DNA from: a virus
Virus record (IMG/VR): IMGVR_UViG_3300025009_000068
Location: 1-64,000 of that record
Direction: 5' to 3' (one strand)
Length of the DNA stretch: 64,000 bases
Part shown: piece by piece, positions 35,609 through 45,999 of the stretch
Layout of the letters: every line of letters starts with the position of its first letter
How positions within the stretch are numbered: position 1 is the first letter of the stretch
Translations under genes and position numbers: made by a program
The notes under the pieces: generated by a model
Database searches by the model: none
What the model was told of the DNA's origin: nothing
The model's input: only the letters and a program-made list of their open reading frames with translations

Positions 35609-38600
35609 TTACGGCAACCTGAATCCCAACGTCACGGCTCCACCTTCTGTCCCGGTCCCCGCTTCGGTTACGCATGACGCCGTGATCGTGTCTCCGGTCG
35701 CAACGGTTGCGGCCCCGGCCACGGCAGAGATCACAGCGGGCGTGGTGGCATCCTTGCTGTCGTATTCCGTAGCGTCAATGGTAAGATTGGTGGAAAGCAT
35801 TTGTACCGCTGCATCTCTTGTGGCTGCCGCTGAAAGTCTGAATTTCTCAACCTTGAAAGTCGGGTTGTTCGCGCTGGAGACCGTCCCGACTTGAACCGCA
35901 GCGGACACCAGAACCATCCCGTTCATCTCGGCAGGAACTCGGAACATCCCGCTCGTATCGGCAATGACCAGTGCGGCATCGTCGGCGGTCACGAGAAGGT
36001 GAACCATGCGCGTCCCGATGTTGCTGCCAGCCAGGGCGTCGGGGGTTACGGCTGTCGTCGTGCTGGTTCCTGTGTTGACGTCATTCACGCTTGCTGCGGT
36101 CAACCACGCCGGGACATCAAACGTAGGAGCGGCGGCGGCCCCGTTGCTACGGAGATATGTCCCGTCAGCACCAAGAGCCAATTCCGTCGTGTCTCCGCTA
36201 CCGTTGGAATAGAACACTCGCCAAGCGGTTTGATTGTCGAAGTCCGTAAGGTTAGAAACCAGCGGAACACCCATGAATCGAATCCCACCGGCCCCCGTTG
36301 CCGCTTGCATGAATTCAAGGGCGAGATACTGACTCGCCGCAATACTCGACGGAGCCCCGGCCCTATATGCCGTTCCGTAGGTGATGCTGCGCGGAGTCGC
36401 ATCAGCATACAGAACTACAATAAACCTGGTTCCCACTAGCCCGTTCGTTGGGTTGGATAGTTCTATGTCCCCAGTCAATTCTCCTACCTGGACCACACCG
36501 CCGAGAGAAAGATCAATCGACCGAGGCGTTGCATAGGCCAAGGACTGAGAAGTGTTGTCCTCGCCCTCGAGCACGAAAACGGGAGCATGATAGGCGACTG
36601 CTCCCGCAGTGATATTGGCATCAAGGGCCGGGTACACCGAACAAGCCAGCGTGTCATAGTTGCACGTCCCAATGGTAGCCGTATGCGTCGAGGCATCGTC
36701 CATCGTGAGATCCACGACCATGCCTGGAAATGCGTCCGTAGCCGAACTGAGTACCAGCGATGTGGCTCCATTTGTTCCGGTAGCCGTAGTTAAGCTCGTA
36801 TTGAGTGTTCCGAGCGTCCCAGACTCTTTCACGGTCCAGTAAAACGCAGGATTGACGGTCCACATCACCCTAGTTCCCTGCTTCCACGTACCATAAGCCG
36901 TGTTGGGCGCGTTGGCCGCCGACTTCCAGGACTGACCGTTGTAGCGGACAGCGTGATTCATGCCCACCGTCAAATGAGCCGTGGGAGCTATCCCTAGATG
37001 CCATGCGTTTGAGTCGTCGTACTCTATTCCTTGAATGTATTTAGGGCTACTGGTACTTAATACGCGGAAAGAGTAGTCCGGATTCGGGGCGAGTCCTGAC
37101 GCCGGGTAACTATTGGTCCACGCATTTCCTGTGAGAGTTAGTCCTTTTACTCCATCGCGAACCTCAACCCCCAGGGCATTCCAAAACTTTACACCAGAGA
37201 TCACTATCCCGGTAGACCAGTCCCGGATATCAGCCAAGTCACCATCAGGATCACCTCTGACCAAGATGGAACGAGCACCACTGAACGTCTCGATGTCTCC
37301 GCCGCTGATTGTCACTCCGGATGATGCCGTGATGATGAATCCTGGGGAAGCTCCGCCCGCTTCGACATTGGCCCCAAGAAAACTCACACCCTTTGACTTG
37401 TAGAGCGACCATCCCCATCCATCGAGTGGAGTAGCCGTGTAGTAACAGCCATAGGCGCCAGAGTCTGAAATGACCCAGTTGTTACTATTGTTTCCGAGCG
37501 TGAATCCACGCTTACAGTACACGGCCTTGCAGTTGATAACCTGATTGAAGATTGAACTGTAAACGTTGGGAGCAACAACATTCGCGTCAAGATTCATACC
37601 TTCGGTGAATTCCCTGAAATACAGATTCTCAAACTTGCTGTTGATGCAATGCTTCAACTGAATGGCTGTCGCCGGATGCCAAGATACCCCGGCAGAATAT
37701 GCAATGGTGTTCTTGAATTGGAAGTTCCTGAACTCGTAACTTCGGCCAAGGTTACCGGTATCGTCGTCCTTGAAAAGGTATGTAGCCGAATCATTATACA
37801 GCGTGATGTATGTAGTCCTCCACGCCTCGCCTTCAAAGATTATGGTCCTGTACCCTCCGCTCAAGCTGGCGTCGGTCAAATCGAATCCATCATCAACCAC
37901 ATAATTTCCGGCCTTGAACTTGACCTTCGATGCACCTATGAAATAAGCTCCTGTAGTATTTGACAGTGCCTTGTACGCACAAAAAATGGCGTTTTGGTTA
38001 GCGGCCGCATAGGTATAGGTCGTAGTGTCGTATGTTACTATAGCTCCCCACCACTCAGGGCGAACTTCCAAGGCAGATGGCATCAAAACTTCGCCGGGCA
38101 GGCTGCTGAACATCTGCCCGCCATTGTCTTCAATTACGGAGCCCGCCGCGAAGGTGAGAGTATTTGCTGCCGATGTGGTGAGTATTGCGCCGGGAAGAAC
38201 AGTGAACGTCATCCCAGAAGGGATAACCACCGGACCACCAAGCGTCTCAGCTTCGCTCTGCACCAACTTCACATTCGGCGAAAGCCCCAGCGCATCCACG
38301 GCTTCCACCAAGGAAACAAACCATCCCGAGTACACGGTGGAGCCATCAGGAAAGGAAACTTCACTCCCTGTAGCGAATCGCTGCTGGTTCGGTGGATGTT
38401 CTCCGTCGTTATGGATGGTGAGCAAGAGCCCATTCGTATCTATGACAGCACCGGGGGCTTGCGAGAAAACCTTCGTTACGGGGATCTCCATGCTGTCGGT
38501 AAGAGTGAAACTCTTCCCAGTCAATATTCCGTAGTTGGCATCCGTGGTTGCCGCAGTCAGCTCACCTAACGTTCGAACAATGGTGGTGTTCGGAGTTATC

Positions 38601-38719
38601 CTGCCAGGGCCGGCCGTCGTGGATGTCTGAGCAAGACAGAAAGAAGGCAACAGAAATGCGGCCACCAGAACAAAGGAAAGGATTCTTGGAGTTGAGCTTT
38701 TCATTTTCATCGTCATCAT
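35609..38719 (-). CDS. Tail spike with beta-helix domain and N-terminal signal peptide
   Basis: RILSFVLVAAFLLPSFCLA; VRPEWWGA; beta-helix-like repeats; AVTPDAL fibre motif. Confidence 0.8.
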   Translation of the reverse strand: MMTMKMKSSTPRILSFVLVAAFLLPSFCLAQTSTTAGPGRITPNTTIVRTLGELTAATTDANYGILTGKSFTLTDSMEIPVTKVFSQAPGAVIDTNGLLLTIHNDGEHPPNQQRFATGSEVSFPDGSTVYSGWFVSLVEAVDALGLSPNVKLVQSEAETLGGPVVIPSGMTFTVLPGAILTTSAANTLTFAAGSVIEDNGGQMFSSLPGEVLMPSALEVRPEWWGAIVTYDTTTYTYAAANQNAIFCAYKALSNTTGAYFIGASKVKFKAGNYVVDDGFDLTDASLSGGYRTIIFEGEAWRTTYITLYNDSATYLFKDDDTGNLGRSYEFRNFQFKNTIAYSAGVSWHPATAIQLKHCINSKFENLYFREFTEGMNLDANVVAPNVYSSIFNQVINCKAVYCKRGFTLGNNSNNWVISDSGAYGCYYTATPLDGWGWSLYKSKGVSFLGANVEAGGASPGFIITASSGVTISGGDIETFSGARSILVRGDPDGDLADIRDWSTGIVISGVKFWNALGVEVRDGVKGLTLTGNAWTNSYPASGLAPNPDYSFRVLSTSSPKYIQGIEYDDSNAWHLGIAPTAHLTVGMNHAVRYNGQSWKSAANAPNTAYGTWKQGTRVMWTVNPAFYWTVKESGTLGTLNTSLTTATGTNGATSLVLSSATDAFPGMVVDLTMDDASTHTATIGTCNYDTLACSVYPALDANITAGAVAYHAPVFVLEGEDNTSQSLAYATPRSIDLSLGGVVQVGELTGDIELSNPTNGLVGTRFIVVLYADATPRSITYGTAYRAGAPSSIAASQYLALEFMQAATGAGGIRFMGVPLVSNLTDFDNQTAWRVFYSNGSGDTTELALGADGTYLRSNGAAAAPTFDVPAWLTAASVNDVNTGTSTTTAVTPDALAGSNIGTRMVHLLVTADDAALVIADTSGMFRVPAEMNGMVLVSAAVQVGTVSSANNPTFKVEKFRLSAAATRDAAVQMLSTNLTIDATEYDSKDATTPAVISAVAGAATVATGDTITASCVTEAGTGTEGGAVTLGFRLP

Positions 38720-38795
38720 TGCACCTATCTCTGTTTTCATTCCCGTCATCACACCGCTGGCCTTTCTCTACACCACTAGCCCCACACCACTGGTC

Positions 38796-39476
38796 CTACG
38801 CCGCCGGCCTCCGCACTCGAGGATTCGCCCAGCTATCAGCCTGCATCTTGACACCAAGCACCTGATACAGATGCTGCAAATGAAACGCCGCCCTTGCCTG
38901 ATTCGCGGCGCTGTCTATATCCATGGAGAATGCCATCCAAAGAATGGCTTCGTTCAGCGCGGTCTGGTAAATATCCGGAATCCCGATCTCGCTCGTCTCT
39001 CCAGTGCAATCAACCGGGGCCGCGGCAACTACGATCTCGGCATAGGCGGGGGTCGCGGCGTGAACCGGAGGCGTCACATAAAAATGCCTTGGAAACCTTT
39101 CGTCAAAGACATACTCCCGAATCACGGTAGAAGCGGCCTCGGTGTGCCAGCTCAAAGCGTAGCTGTACCTGTCGAGCGTCGCCTTGTCGGTCTTTATGAT
39201 GGGACGTCCTGGTGTCAAGCCGTCGCTCCCCATGTTCCTGATCACTTCGATGAGTCGAACGTCCCCAGTGGGGATGACCTGCTTGGTTCCGGGGGCACAT
39301 TGCATGCTCTTGGGTGTTGCCGTGGCGTCGGGGCGCAGAGATACTATGAAGCGCTGGGATTCATTCAGATACCGCAAGAGCATAGGTTGGGTATAACGAA
39401 CTCGATCTGTCTCTTCCTGAAGCTCGTCAACAATCCTGGACTCCTGGGATATGAAATCGTATGCGGTCAGCGCCAC
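38796..39476 (-). CDS. Head-tail adaptor (DUF6682-like)
   Basis: LLRYLNESQR.IV.LRPDA...GTKQ...VIRNM...FYVTPP. Confidence 0.7.
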   Translation of the reverse strand: MALTAYDFISQESRIVDELQEETDRVRYTQPMLLRYLNESQRFIVSLRPDATATPKSMQCAPGTKQVIPTGDVRLIEVIRNMGSDGLTPGRPIIKTDKATLDRYSYALSWHTEAASTVIREYVFDERFPRHFYVTPPVHAATPAYAEIVVAAAPVDCTGETSEIGIPDIYQTALNEAILWMAFSMDIDSAANQARAAFHLQHLYQVLGVKMQADSWANPRVRRPAA

Positions 39477-39524
39477 GGCAATGCTCCTTTGAAGGGTGGA
39501 GGGAATACTAAATTGAGATGCTCT

Positions 39525-40196
39525 TTATTCCTGCGGGTCAACGGGGCCGTCAAGCTCGATGGTTTCCATGGGACCTGCGGCCTCCATAAGAACAAGCTCC
39601 TTGAAAATCACATCCATGGTCGTGCTCGGGGGAAACTTCACGTTGAAATTCTCCCGGCCGTACTCGCGGAGCTTTGACATATCGCCTTCGATGGTTTTCA
39701 GGTATTCCATGCCTCGTTTGGAAGAGGTGACTTGCTCCGCGAAATCTACATCATCCAGTGCCTGTTGCTCCAAAAGAAAATCACCCTTGGCAAGCATCAC
39801 TGGAGGTGATTGTTCATCAGTCTCCACGATGACCCCGGAAGAAAGGAGCCCGCCCTTCGAGGATAAAGGAGGTATTGCCTCGGGAGGCCCGAGTGCCCCG
39901 GCCGGCAAGAGGTCCGCGAAGGGGGGAGACATTTCAACAGGCGGGGCAGGATCTGCGGACTGAGTGACCGGCTGAGTGAGCCCAACCCCGACGGCCGCGG
40001 CATTTCTCTTCCTGGCCCTGTCCAGCCGGATCCGCTCATTTGCTGCATTCGCCTCTTCCTGGGTTCCCCAAAACGGAACCATGTCGGTTCGGTATTGTTC
40101 GAGCTCCGCGGTGTACGGGAAAACTCTCCCGGTGGTTTTTTGCTGCAAAAAGAGTGGCTTGTTTCTCGGCTTCGGCTTCATGGGTTTCGACTTCAT
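39525..40196 (-). CDS. Hypothetical head-region protein
   Basis: 223-aa ORF with RBS within the structural operon. Confidence 0.6.
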   Translation of the reverse strand: MKSKPMKPKPRNKPLFLQQKTTGRVFPYTAELEQYRTDMVPFWGTQEEANAANERIRLDRARKRNAAAVGVGLTQPVTQSADPAPPVEMSPPFADLLPAGALGPPEAIPPLSSKGGLLSSGVIVETDEQSPPVMLAKGDFLLEQQALDDVDFAEQVTSSKRGMEYLKTIEGDMSKLREYGRENFNVKFPPSTTMDVIFKELVLMEAAGPMETIELDGPVDPQE

Positions 40197-40369
40197 GGTT
40201 GTGCTGTCCTGCCTTTCTCCCGCATTTTACGCTTCGATGTGGGGTGGTAGAAATGGTAGTGATGACGGTGAATGTGATGAATGCCTGGAAGAAAAGTGGC
40301 CACGTTTAGGTGGGGCCTGCCATCTCCCCTTCCAGGCCAATGCTTCGTCATGTCCTGAAATGCTGAATC

Positions 40370-40864
40370 TTAATCGCCTTCCTCGTCGTAATACTTGGTG
40401 ATGTCAATCCAGATATCCACGACTGCCGTATTGTACGTGAGGTTGTCGGGACAGGTGATGGCCATATAGGCTTCGGCGGCATAAAACTTCCCGCCTGCCG
40501 CTCCGTAGGCTTCCGTATTTCCGCCCGTACCACCACCAGTTCCGGCCACGCCATTGATGGAGACGGCTTTCAGCCAGCCATCAGCATCTACGGCTGAGCC
40601 CACGAGGTCGGAATAGTCTCCAATGTGAATGGTGGACGCTTCTCCTTCCGGGGTCACCACGACGAGGTTTGCGCTATGAACCCGGCTCTTGGCCTGGATG
40701 GTCATGAAAACGACAACATCATTTTGCACCGGGGCCGTAACGAGGTCCGCAAAGCTGAATCTCTTGTACGCCACCGAGCGCAAGGAATTGCCGTAGGCCG
40801 GGACACTAAAGGAAGTGCCTCCAAGCCCATTCAAGGCGGTTGCTCTTACATCGTAATTGGACAT
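40370..40864 (-). CDS. Capsid decoration/cement-like protein
   Basis: Directly downstream of the capsid gene; AAGGAGG RBS; beta-rich. Confidence 0.65.
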   Translation of the reverse strand: MSNYDVRATALNGLGGTSFSVPAYGNSLRSVAYKRFSFADLVTAPVQNDVVVFMTIQAKSRVHSANLVVVTPEGEASTIHIGDYSDLVGSAVDADGWLKAVSINGVAGTGGGTGGNTEAYGAAGGKFYAAEAYMAITCPDNLTYNTAVVDIWIDITKYYDEEGD

Positions 40865-41001
40865 GATTGATATACCTCCTTAAAGGTAGTTGGATGGTAG
40901 GATGGTGAAAATGATGAAAAATGAAGTATGCCTTGAATGGGAGGGGCACGGGTTGCTGCCTCCTCTCCTTCAAGGCATACTGTTCTCGATCCTGCGATCT
41001 C

Positions 41002-41937
41002 CTACGTCAACACCGCATTGGCGTACAGGAGCGAAATGGCCTCGGGCCGCACCACCTCGAAGCCGTACACGGCGTAACCGCGCATGAGCTTGCCGAATGT
41101 GGTGGGGCTGGGGATGGCCTCTGACTTCTCCACCTGCATGGCGAAGGTGAGTCCCATCTTGTGGCCGGCCATGATGTAGTAGGCCGTGACACCGGAGCCG
41201 TCCGCGACGTAGGGGACGTTGTTGGTTTTGAAAAGAGAAAAGCGATCTATCTTGCCCACGCGGCCGCCGTTTCGGAGGGTGGACATGGAGTCGCCGGTAA
41301 GGGAAGCGTCCTTTATGTCCGATCGCTTCAGCATGTTCTCGAAAATGGGCGGAAGAAGGACCCACCACCCGCCGTCATCCGGGATGTTCTGCTCATCGAG
41401 GACCGTTCCCATGTGGATGATGTGGTCCAGGATGTTGGTCTTGTCGATGGCGATGGGCGCCCCGCTGGTACCCAGGTTGAACGCTCCACTCTTTACGCCG
41501 GCCGTCGTGCCCTGGTTGTCCGCGTGGATGTCGGCATACATGGCACCGAACACCTGAGTTTCAATCGCCCGCTTCTTGTTTTCGACCGCCACCACCGACC
41601 AGCGGTCGATGATGTTGATGTCGCTCTGGGCCTTGTCGAAATCGTGGACCAAGAAGTTCCAGCCCTTGGCCCGGTCGATGGTCAGGGTTTCCGTGTCGGT
41701 ATCCGGCTTCTGAACGGGGAGCTCGGCGCCGGGCACGGTGTCGAAGATGTTGATGTCGGGGTCTTTCCTGATGATGACCTGGCTGCCAAAGCCGGTGATC
41801 TCGCCTTGATAATCTGTGTTCGAGATAAAGGGAAGACAAAGTGCATCATACAGTCTGACCAGCACTTTTTGACTGAACAGGTAGGGGATGAAAGTCCCCT
41901 GGTAATTGGGATGTCCCGCTGCGGGAATGAAAGCCAT
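41002..41937 (-). CDS. Major capsid protein
   Basis: FIPYLFSQK...NTDYQGEI...RGYAVYGFEVVRPEA pattern; AAGGAG RBS; follows the scaffold gene. Confidence 0.88.
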   Translation of the reverse strand: MAFIPAAGHPNYQGTFIPYLFSQKVLVRLYDALCLPFISNTDYQGEITGFGSQVIIRKDPDINIFDTVPGAELPVQKPDTDTETLTIDRAKGWNFLVHDFDKAQSDINIIDRWSVVAVENKKRAIETQVFGAMYADIHADNQGTTAGVKSGAFNLGTSGAPIAIDKTNILDHIIHMGTVLDEQNIPDDGGWWVLLPPIFENMLKRSDIKDASLTGDSMSTLRNGGRVGKIDRFSLFKTNNVPYVADGSGVTAYYIMAGHKMGLTFAMQVEKSEAIPSPTTFGKLMRGYAVYGFEVVRPEAISLLYANAVLT

Positions 41938-41964
41938 GAGAATATCTCCTTCTTGGGAAATGCG

Positions 41965-42013
41965 AAGCGTGCCATGCATGCTCTGCGGGAATGCTTTGCA
42001 TGCTGGCGCGCTT
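41965..42013. promoter_or_regulatory. Long hairpin upstream of the capsid RBS
   Basis: AAGCGTGCCA-TGCATGC...GCATGC-TGGCGCGCTT inverted repeat. Confidence 0.5.
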
Positions 42014-42095
42014 GGATTATATGGAAGGACAGCGGCTCATCCTCTCGGGTTTATGAATTAGGTTGGCCTTGAAGGTGAGTGTGGTGAAACTGAAT

Positions 42096-43805
42096 CTACA
42101 CCCCCTGCACGAACCGAGCTTCTCCCGACTGCAAGCGCATGTCCGGGAGTTGCCCTTTAACCCTTCCTTCGAGGACGGCGATGTCCATGTCTCTTTTGAT
42201 GGCCGCCCAGGTTGGATCTCTCAGCAATGCTGGATTCTTGGTCATCTTGGTGCTGTGGTCATTAATTTCCTGAATTGTGTACTCCCATTTCACGGGAGGG
42301 GCCTGCGGGGGGTTCCCGGCCATTGGCGACGGTTCAACCATGTACTCCAGGGGGTTATGGGGCTGACCCTGCTGATAATTTTGGCCTTGCTGCTGCCCGT
42401 GATTCCCTTGCTGGAACTGCTGTCCCTGCTGGACCTGCTGGTTGACCTGGGGCCCTATGTAGATGGGCTGCCCAAATTCATCGAACTGCATGAATGTCTG
42501 CTGTTGAGACTGAGGATTCCCTTGCTGACCCTGCTGCACGATCTGCTGCTGCTGACCACTGTTTCCTTGTTGACCTTGCTGGACCTGCTGCTGGTTCTGC
42601 TGGCCCTGCTGCTGACCCTGCCCTTGCTGCCATGATCCATCGGGCGGCTGTTGATTGTTGTGGGGCTGCTGGCTTCCAGGATTCTGCACATTTCCTTGCT
42701 GCTGCCCATTCTGCCGCTGCCCCTGGTTTGATAAAAAGTCCGACCTGAAGGCGTTGTAGCACTCCGCGACGGCCACGGCGTCACCAGCCCCCCATGCCTC
42801 TTCGGCATCCTGCCGGTATGTTCTGACCGACATGGGTTTCCGTTGATCCAGCCAGTTGTGAAAATCGGGCATGTTGTCGATCTGCTGCCATTCGGGACAA
42901 ATCCTTCCAAGCTCGGCATGAAAAGCTCGCTGGGCATTGCCGGCACGCTCGGCGTTGACCTGCTCCACATTGGTCACAACCTTTCGCATTCCCTCGGTTG
43001 TCGCCGCGAGTTGCTGTTGCAGGTTCGCTATGACACCTTCCTGGGACTGCATGTGCTGAACCATCTGCGGCATGATCCTGATCATGGGGGCGAGATCATC
43101 CGGGTAAGTGGCCGCGAGAGTTTCGAAGTCCACTCCGGATAGGTCTATCGGGAATCCCCCGTTTGCACCGGATGCGCCTTGCTGTGTTGCCTGCCCTGCC
43201 TTGCCTTGCTGGCCTTGCTGGTTGAATTGTCCCTGCTGGCCCTGACTTCCTTGCCCTGTCTGGCTGGCCTGCACTGCTCCGCCTTGCCCTGCCTGCATCG
43301 CCTGTTCAAGCTGCACCATACGCTGCTCGAGTGTAGAAGCCTTGGCCTCGAAGGTGGAAGCCCTCTGCTCGGTCTCGCGGAGCTGGTGTTGCAGCCGCGG
43401 GACCTCTGCGTTGTACTTTCCCTGGAGGACCTGGAACTTCTGCTCTGCCGTGCGGTACATGCTTTCCCATTTCCGGTCTTCAGTCGTGATCTGCTGCTGT
43501 GTCTGCTGCTGCGGAGCAAGCTGACCCGGTTGAGGCTGATCCTGCTGAGCCTGGAAGGGAAGGGACTGTTGCTGTTGGGGCTGCTGTGCGGGCTGGCCTG
43601 GCTGCTGCTGCCCTTGCTGACCGGGTTGCGCTGGTTGTGGCGCCGTGGCACCGCCGCCTTCTCCGCCTTGAGCGCCCATGGGAGCCGTGTTCGCCTGGCC
43701 CGGGGGCGATCCCTCGCCGGGCGTCTGCTGCGGTATTCCCAAAGCGTGTTCAATGGCATCGATTTGCTGCTGTGCCTGTTTCACTACGTCGTTCAAGCCG
43801 GACAT
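42096..43805 (-). CDS. Scaffolding protein, extremely Q-rich
   Basis: KFQVLQGKYNAEVPRL and PEWQQID..PDFHNWL motifs, AVLEGRV near C-terminus; AAAAGGAG RBS at ATG 43805. Confidence 0.8.
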   Translation of the reverse strand: MSGLNDVVKQAQQQIDAIEHALGIPQQTPGEGSPPGQANTAPMGAQGGEGGGATAPQPAQPGQQGQQQPGQPAQQPQQQQSLPFQAQQDQPQPGQLAPQQQTQQQITTEDRKWESMYRTAEQKFQVLQGKYNAEVPRLQHQLRETEQRASTFEAKASTLEQRMVQLEQAMQAGQGGAVQASQTGQGSQGQQGQFNQQGQQGKAGQATQQGASGANGGFPIDLSGVDFETLAATYPDDLAPMIRIMPQMVQHMQSQEGVIANLQQQLAATTEGMRKVVTNVEQVNAERAGNAQRAFHAELGRICPEWQQIDNMPDFHNWLDQRKPMSVRTYRQDAEEAWGAGDAVAVAECYNAFRSDFLSNQGQRQNGQQQGNVQNPGSQQPHNNQQPPDGSWQQGQGQQQGQQNQQQVQQGQQGNSGQQQQIVQQGQQGNPQSQQQTFMQFDEFGQPIYIGPQVNQQVQQGQQFQQGNHGQQQGQNYQQGQPHNPLEYMVEPSPMAGNPPQAPPVKWEYTIQEINDHSTKMTKNPALLRDPTWAAIKRDMDIAVLEGRVKGQLPDMRLQSGEARFVQGV

Positions 43806-43819
43806 ACTTTCTCCTTTTG

Positions 43820-44140
43820 AGAGCCTTGAAGGGTGGGGCGGGGAGCAAGGCCGCGCGCTAAGGGTGTTCACCGTGGCGTGGATGATCCACAACCAACATG
43901 GCGAGCCCGGAACCGCGAGCCTGTCCCACTCCCTCCCTTCGAGGTATTCTCTGGTTGTGCCTGGCGGAGCCGAGAAGGGATGGATCTAAGCCACTTCCTC
44001 CACGGTGTTCCGCTCAAGGCAATGCGTTGAGGTGTGTGGTGGTTGATGTGAATGATGGTGCTGATTGTAATGTGATGGTTGATGATTATTTGGAGCCTAG
44101 ACAGCGCCGATAGTCGCCACCGACGTGTTGCCACGGCTCC
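43820..44140 (-). promoter_or_regulatory. Structured 5' leader of the scaffold gene with four AYA/C internal-loop hairpins
   Basis: Base pairing read directly; see finding. Confidence 0.65.
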
Positions 44141-44162
44141 CGTGGATGGAAGTGAAGATATG

Positions 44163-44238
44163 AAAAAAAGTAGATCGCGCGGCCAGGCCCATGCGGGAGT
44201 ATGGGCTCTTCGGGGATCTCTCCCTAGACCGCGCGATC
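44163..44238 (-). terminator. Terminator-like branched hairpin followed by U7
   Basis: GATCGCGCGG/CCGCGCGATC stem, then TTTTTTT on the - strand. Confidence 0.55.
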
Positions 44239-44280
44239 ATTGTATTATCAGTACGCAATCAGCGCAAGGCCAACCTTTGC

Positions 44281-45939
44281 TTAATTATCCCCTAAATTTA
44301 TCCAAGTAACCGTGATGGTCCCATTGGCGGTCAAAGAGTCTGCCGCACCGGTCGTGATGTCGGCATCATCCACTTCCACGTTTAGATACAGATCGATGGC
44401 CGTTGTGTGACCGTCGTGATAAACCTGCTCGGTGACGGTGCTTTGGAAATCAGCGGCAGCAACACTTGCTACCGCCTGAGTGGTTGCCACCGTGGGGACC
44501 CAGTCGTCTTCCGTGGTCGGATTATGCAGGGTAGGGGTAGCCTCTGCTGCCGTAGTGCCGAGCGAGATATCGCCGTCAAAAGCAGCGTCTATCGTTCCTG
44601 ACGCCTCGGTCAGAGTGAGGTCGGCCACGACACCCATGGCGAGCAATCTGCCCTCGGGGAAGTCGTAGATTTTCAGCCCGCCGTAAGCAGCGGCCCCGCC
44701 CGGATCGGTGATTGCAATGGTTGCATTGGTCAACGTGAAGACGGTTTGGCATATCGCCCCAACACATCTTTCCGCAGCCACGACACCGGCACCGGCTCCA
44801 GCTTCTACGCCGGGTGTACCAGCTATAATCACATCATCAAGAGCTGAACCGATGGTGATGGTGTCCTTTACCGAATTGTCCGTTCCGATGTTGTAAGTGG
44901 CTCCCAAGGTTCCGTTTACAGCAAAGATGCCCCCTGCGCTCTCCATGGATACCGTAAGATCGTCGGCAACCGCGAAGTCCATATCATCGGCTGTATCGAG
45001 GGTAATGTCCTCGCCTTCGATATCCACATCATCCAGGGCCGAACCTATGTCTATATCGTCAGCAACCGAATTGTCCGTTCCTATGCTATAAACTGCCCCA
45101 AGGGTCCCGTCGAACGAAGCGATACCGCCTGCGGTCTCCATTCGGACAGTGTAATCATCGGCTACGTTGAATTCCAGGTCGTCCGCTGAGTCCAAGATCA
45201 GGTCATTACCGTAGATGGTGGTGGCATCCTTTGCCGAGCCTATATTAATGGTGTCCGCCGTGGTGTCGTCGGTGCCGATATTGATGGTAAAACCGGACGT
45301 ACCGGTAACAGCAAAAATGCCTCCGGCTGATTCCATGGTAAAGGTCCAGTCATCGGCTACCGTTGCATTGCCATCATCGGCTGTATCGAGGGTAATGTCC
45401 TCTCCTTCAATGTCAACGTCATCCTTTGCAGACCCGATATCGATGTTGTCGGCCGTGGTGTCATCCTCTGCAATGGAGTAAACCAGCCCGGCCGTGCCAT
45501 CAATGTCGATCAACCCAGATGCCGTAGTGCTGGTGATCTGAATGTTGTCCACGGAGCTTACGATGATGTCGCCGCCATTGGTTAGCGTCTCCACCTTTAC
45601 GGAATCGGCCCCTGACCCTTCGCTTGAAATGAGAATGGAAGCGTTTTGGTTTCCGTTGAGATCGAAAATCATGTCCTCGCCGGCAGCACTGGCTGTCACC
45701 GTAAAGATCATGTCACCTGTAGTGTCCACGTCGAGACTGTCCATGGATACAATTTTCCCGCCGCGGGTAATCTCGAGCTTGTTTACGGTGAGGACTTCGT
45801 AGCGAGCCGCCTCCGCGATTGTGATCCCGAGAAAACAAATAATCCCCAGGAAGAGAGTGAGGACCTTGCCGAGGGTTTCCTTTTTGCTGCTTTTGGTGAT
45901 GGTGGTGCTTTGGGTAATTCTTTTGTCAATTCTTTCCAT
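44281..45939 (-). CDS. Accessory virion fibre/decoration-like protein with internal acidic repeats and signal peptide
   Basis: Repeats of IGTD..D.I.IGSA.DDV; C-terminal YDFPEG...DLYLN...GTITVTWINLGD; VLTLFLGIICFLGITIAEA. Confidence 0.7.
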   Translation of the reverse strand: MERIDKRITQSTTITKSSKKETLGKVLTLFLGIICFLGITIAEAARYEVLTVNKLEITRGGKIVSMDSLDVDTTGDMIFTVTASAAGEDMIFDLNGNQNASILISSEGSGADSVKVETLTNGGDIIVSSVDNIQITSTTASGLIDIDGTAGLVYSIAEDDTTADNIDIGSAKDDVDIEGEDITLDTADDGNATVADDWTFTMESAGGIFAVTGTSGFTINIGTDDTTADTINIGSAKDATTIYGNDLILDSADDLEFNVADDYTVRMETAGGIASFDGTLGAVYSIGTDNSVADDIDIGSALDDVDIEGEDITLDTADDMDFAVADDLTVSMESAGGIFAVNGTLGATYNIGTDNSVKDTITIGSALDDVIIAGTPGVEAGAGAGVVAAERCVGAICQTVFTLTNATIAITDPGGAAAYGGLKIYDFPEGRLLAMGVVADLTLTEASGTIDAAFDGDISLGTTAAEATPTLHNPTTEDDWVPTVATTQAVASVAAADFQSTVTEQVYHDGHTTAIDLYLNVEVDDADITTGAADSLTANGTITVTWINLGDN

Positions 45940-45999
45940 TTCGTGGTTCTCCTTTTCTTTTTTTCGTTGTTATGGCTGTAGCATGGTGCATGGTGCATA

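Noticed and set aside
6128-38752. Diversity-generating retroelement acting on the tail spikes
   Set aside because: No reverse transcriptase and no TR/VR repeat pair seen
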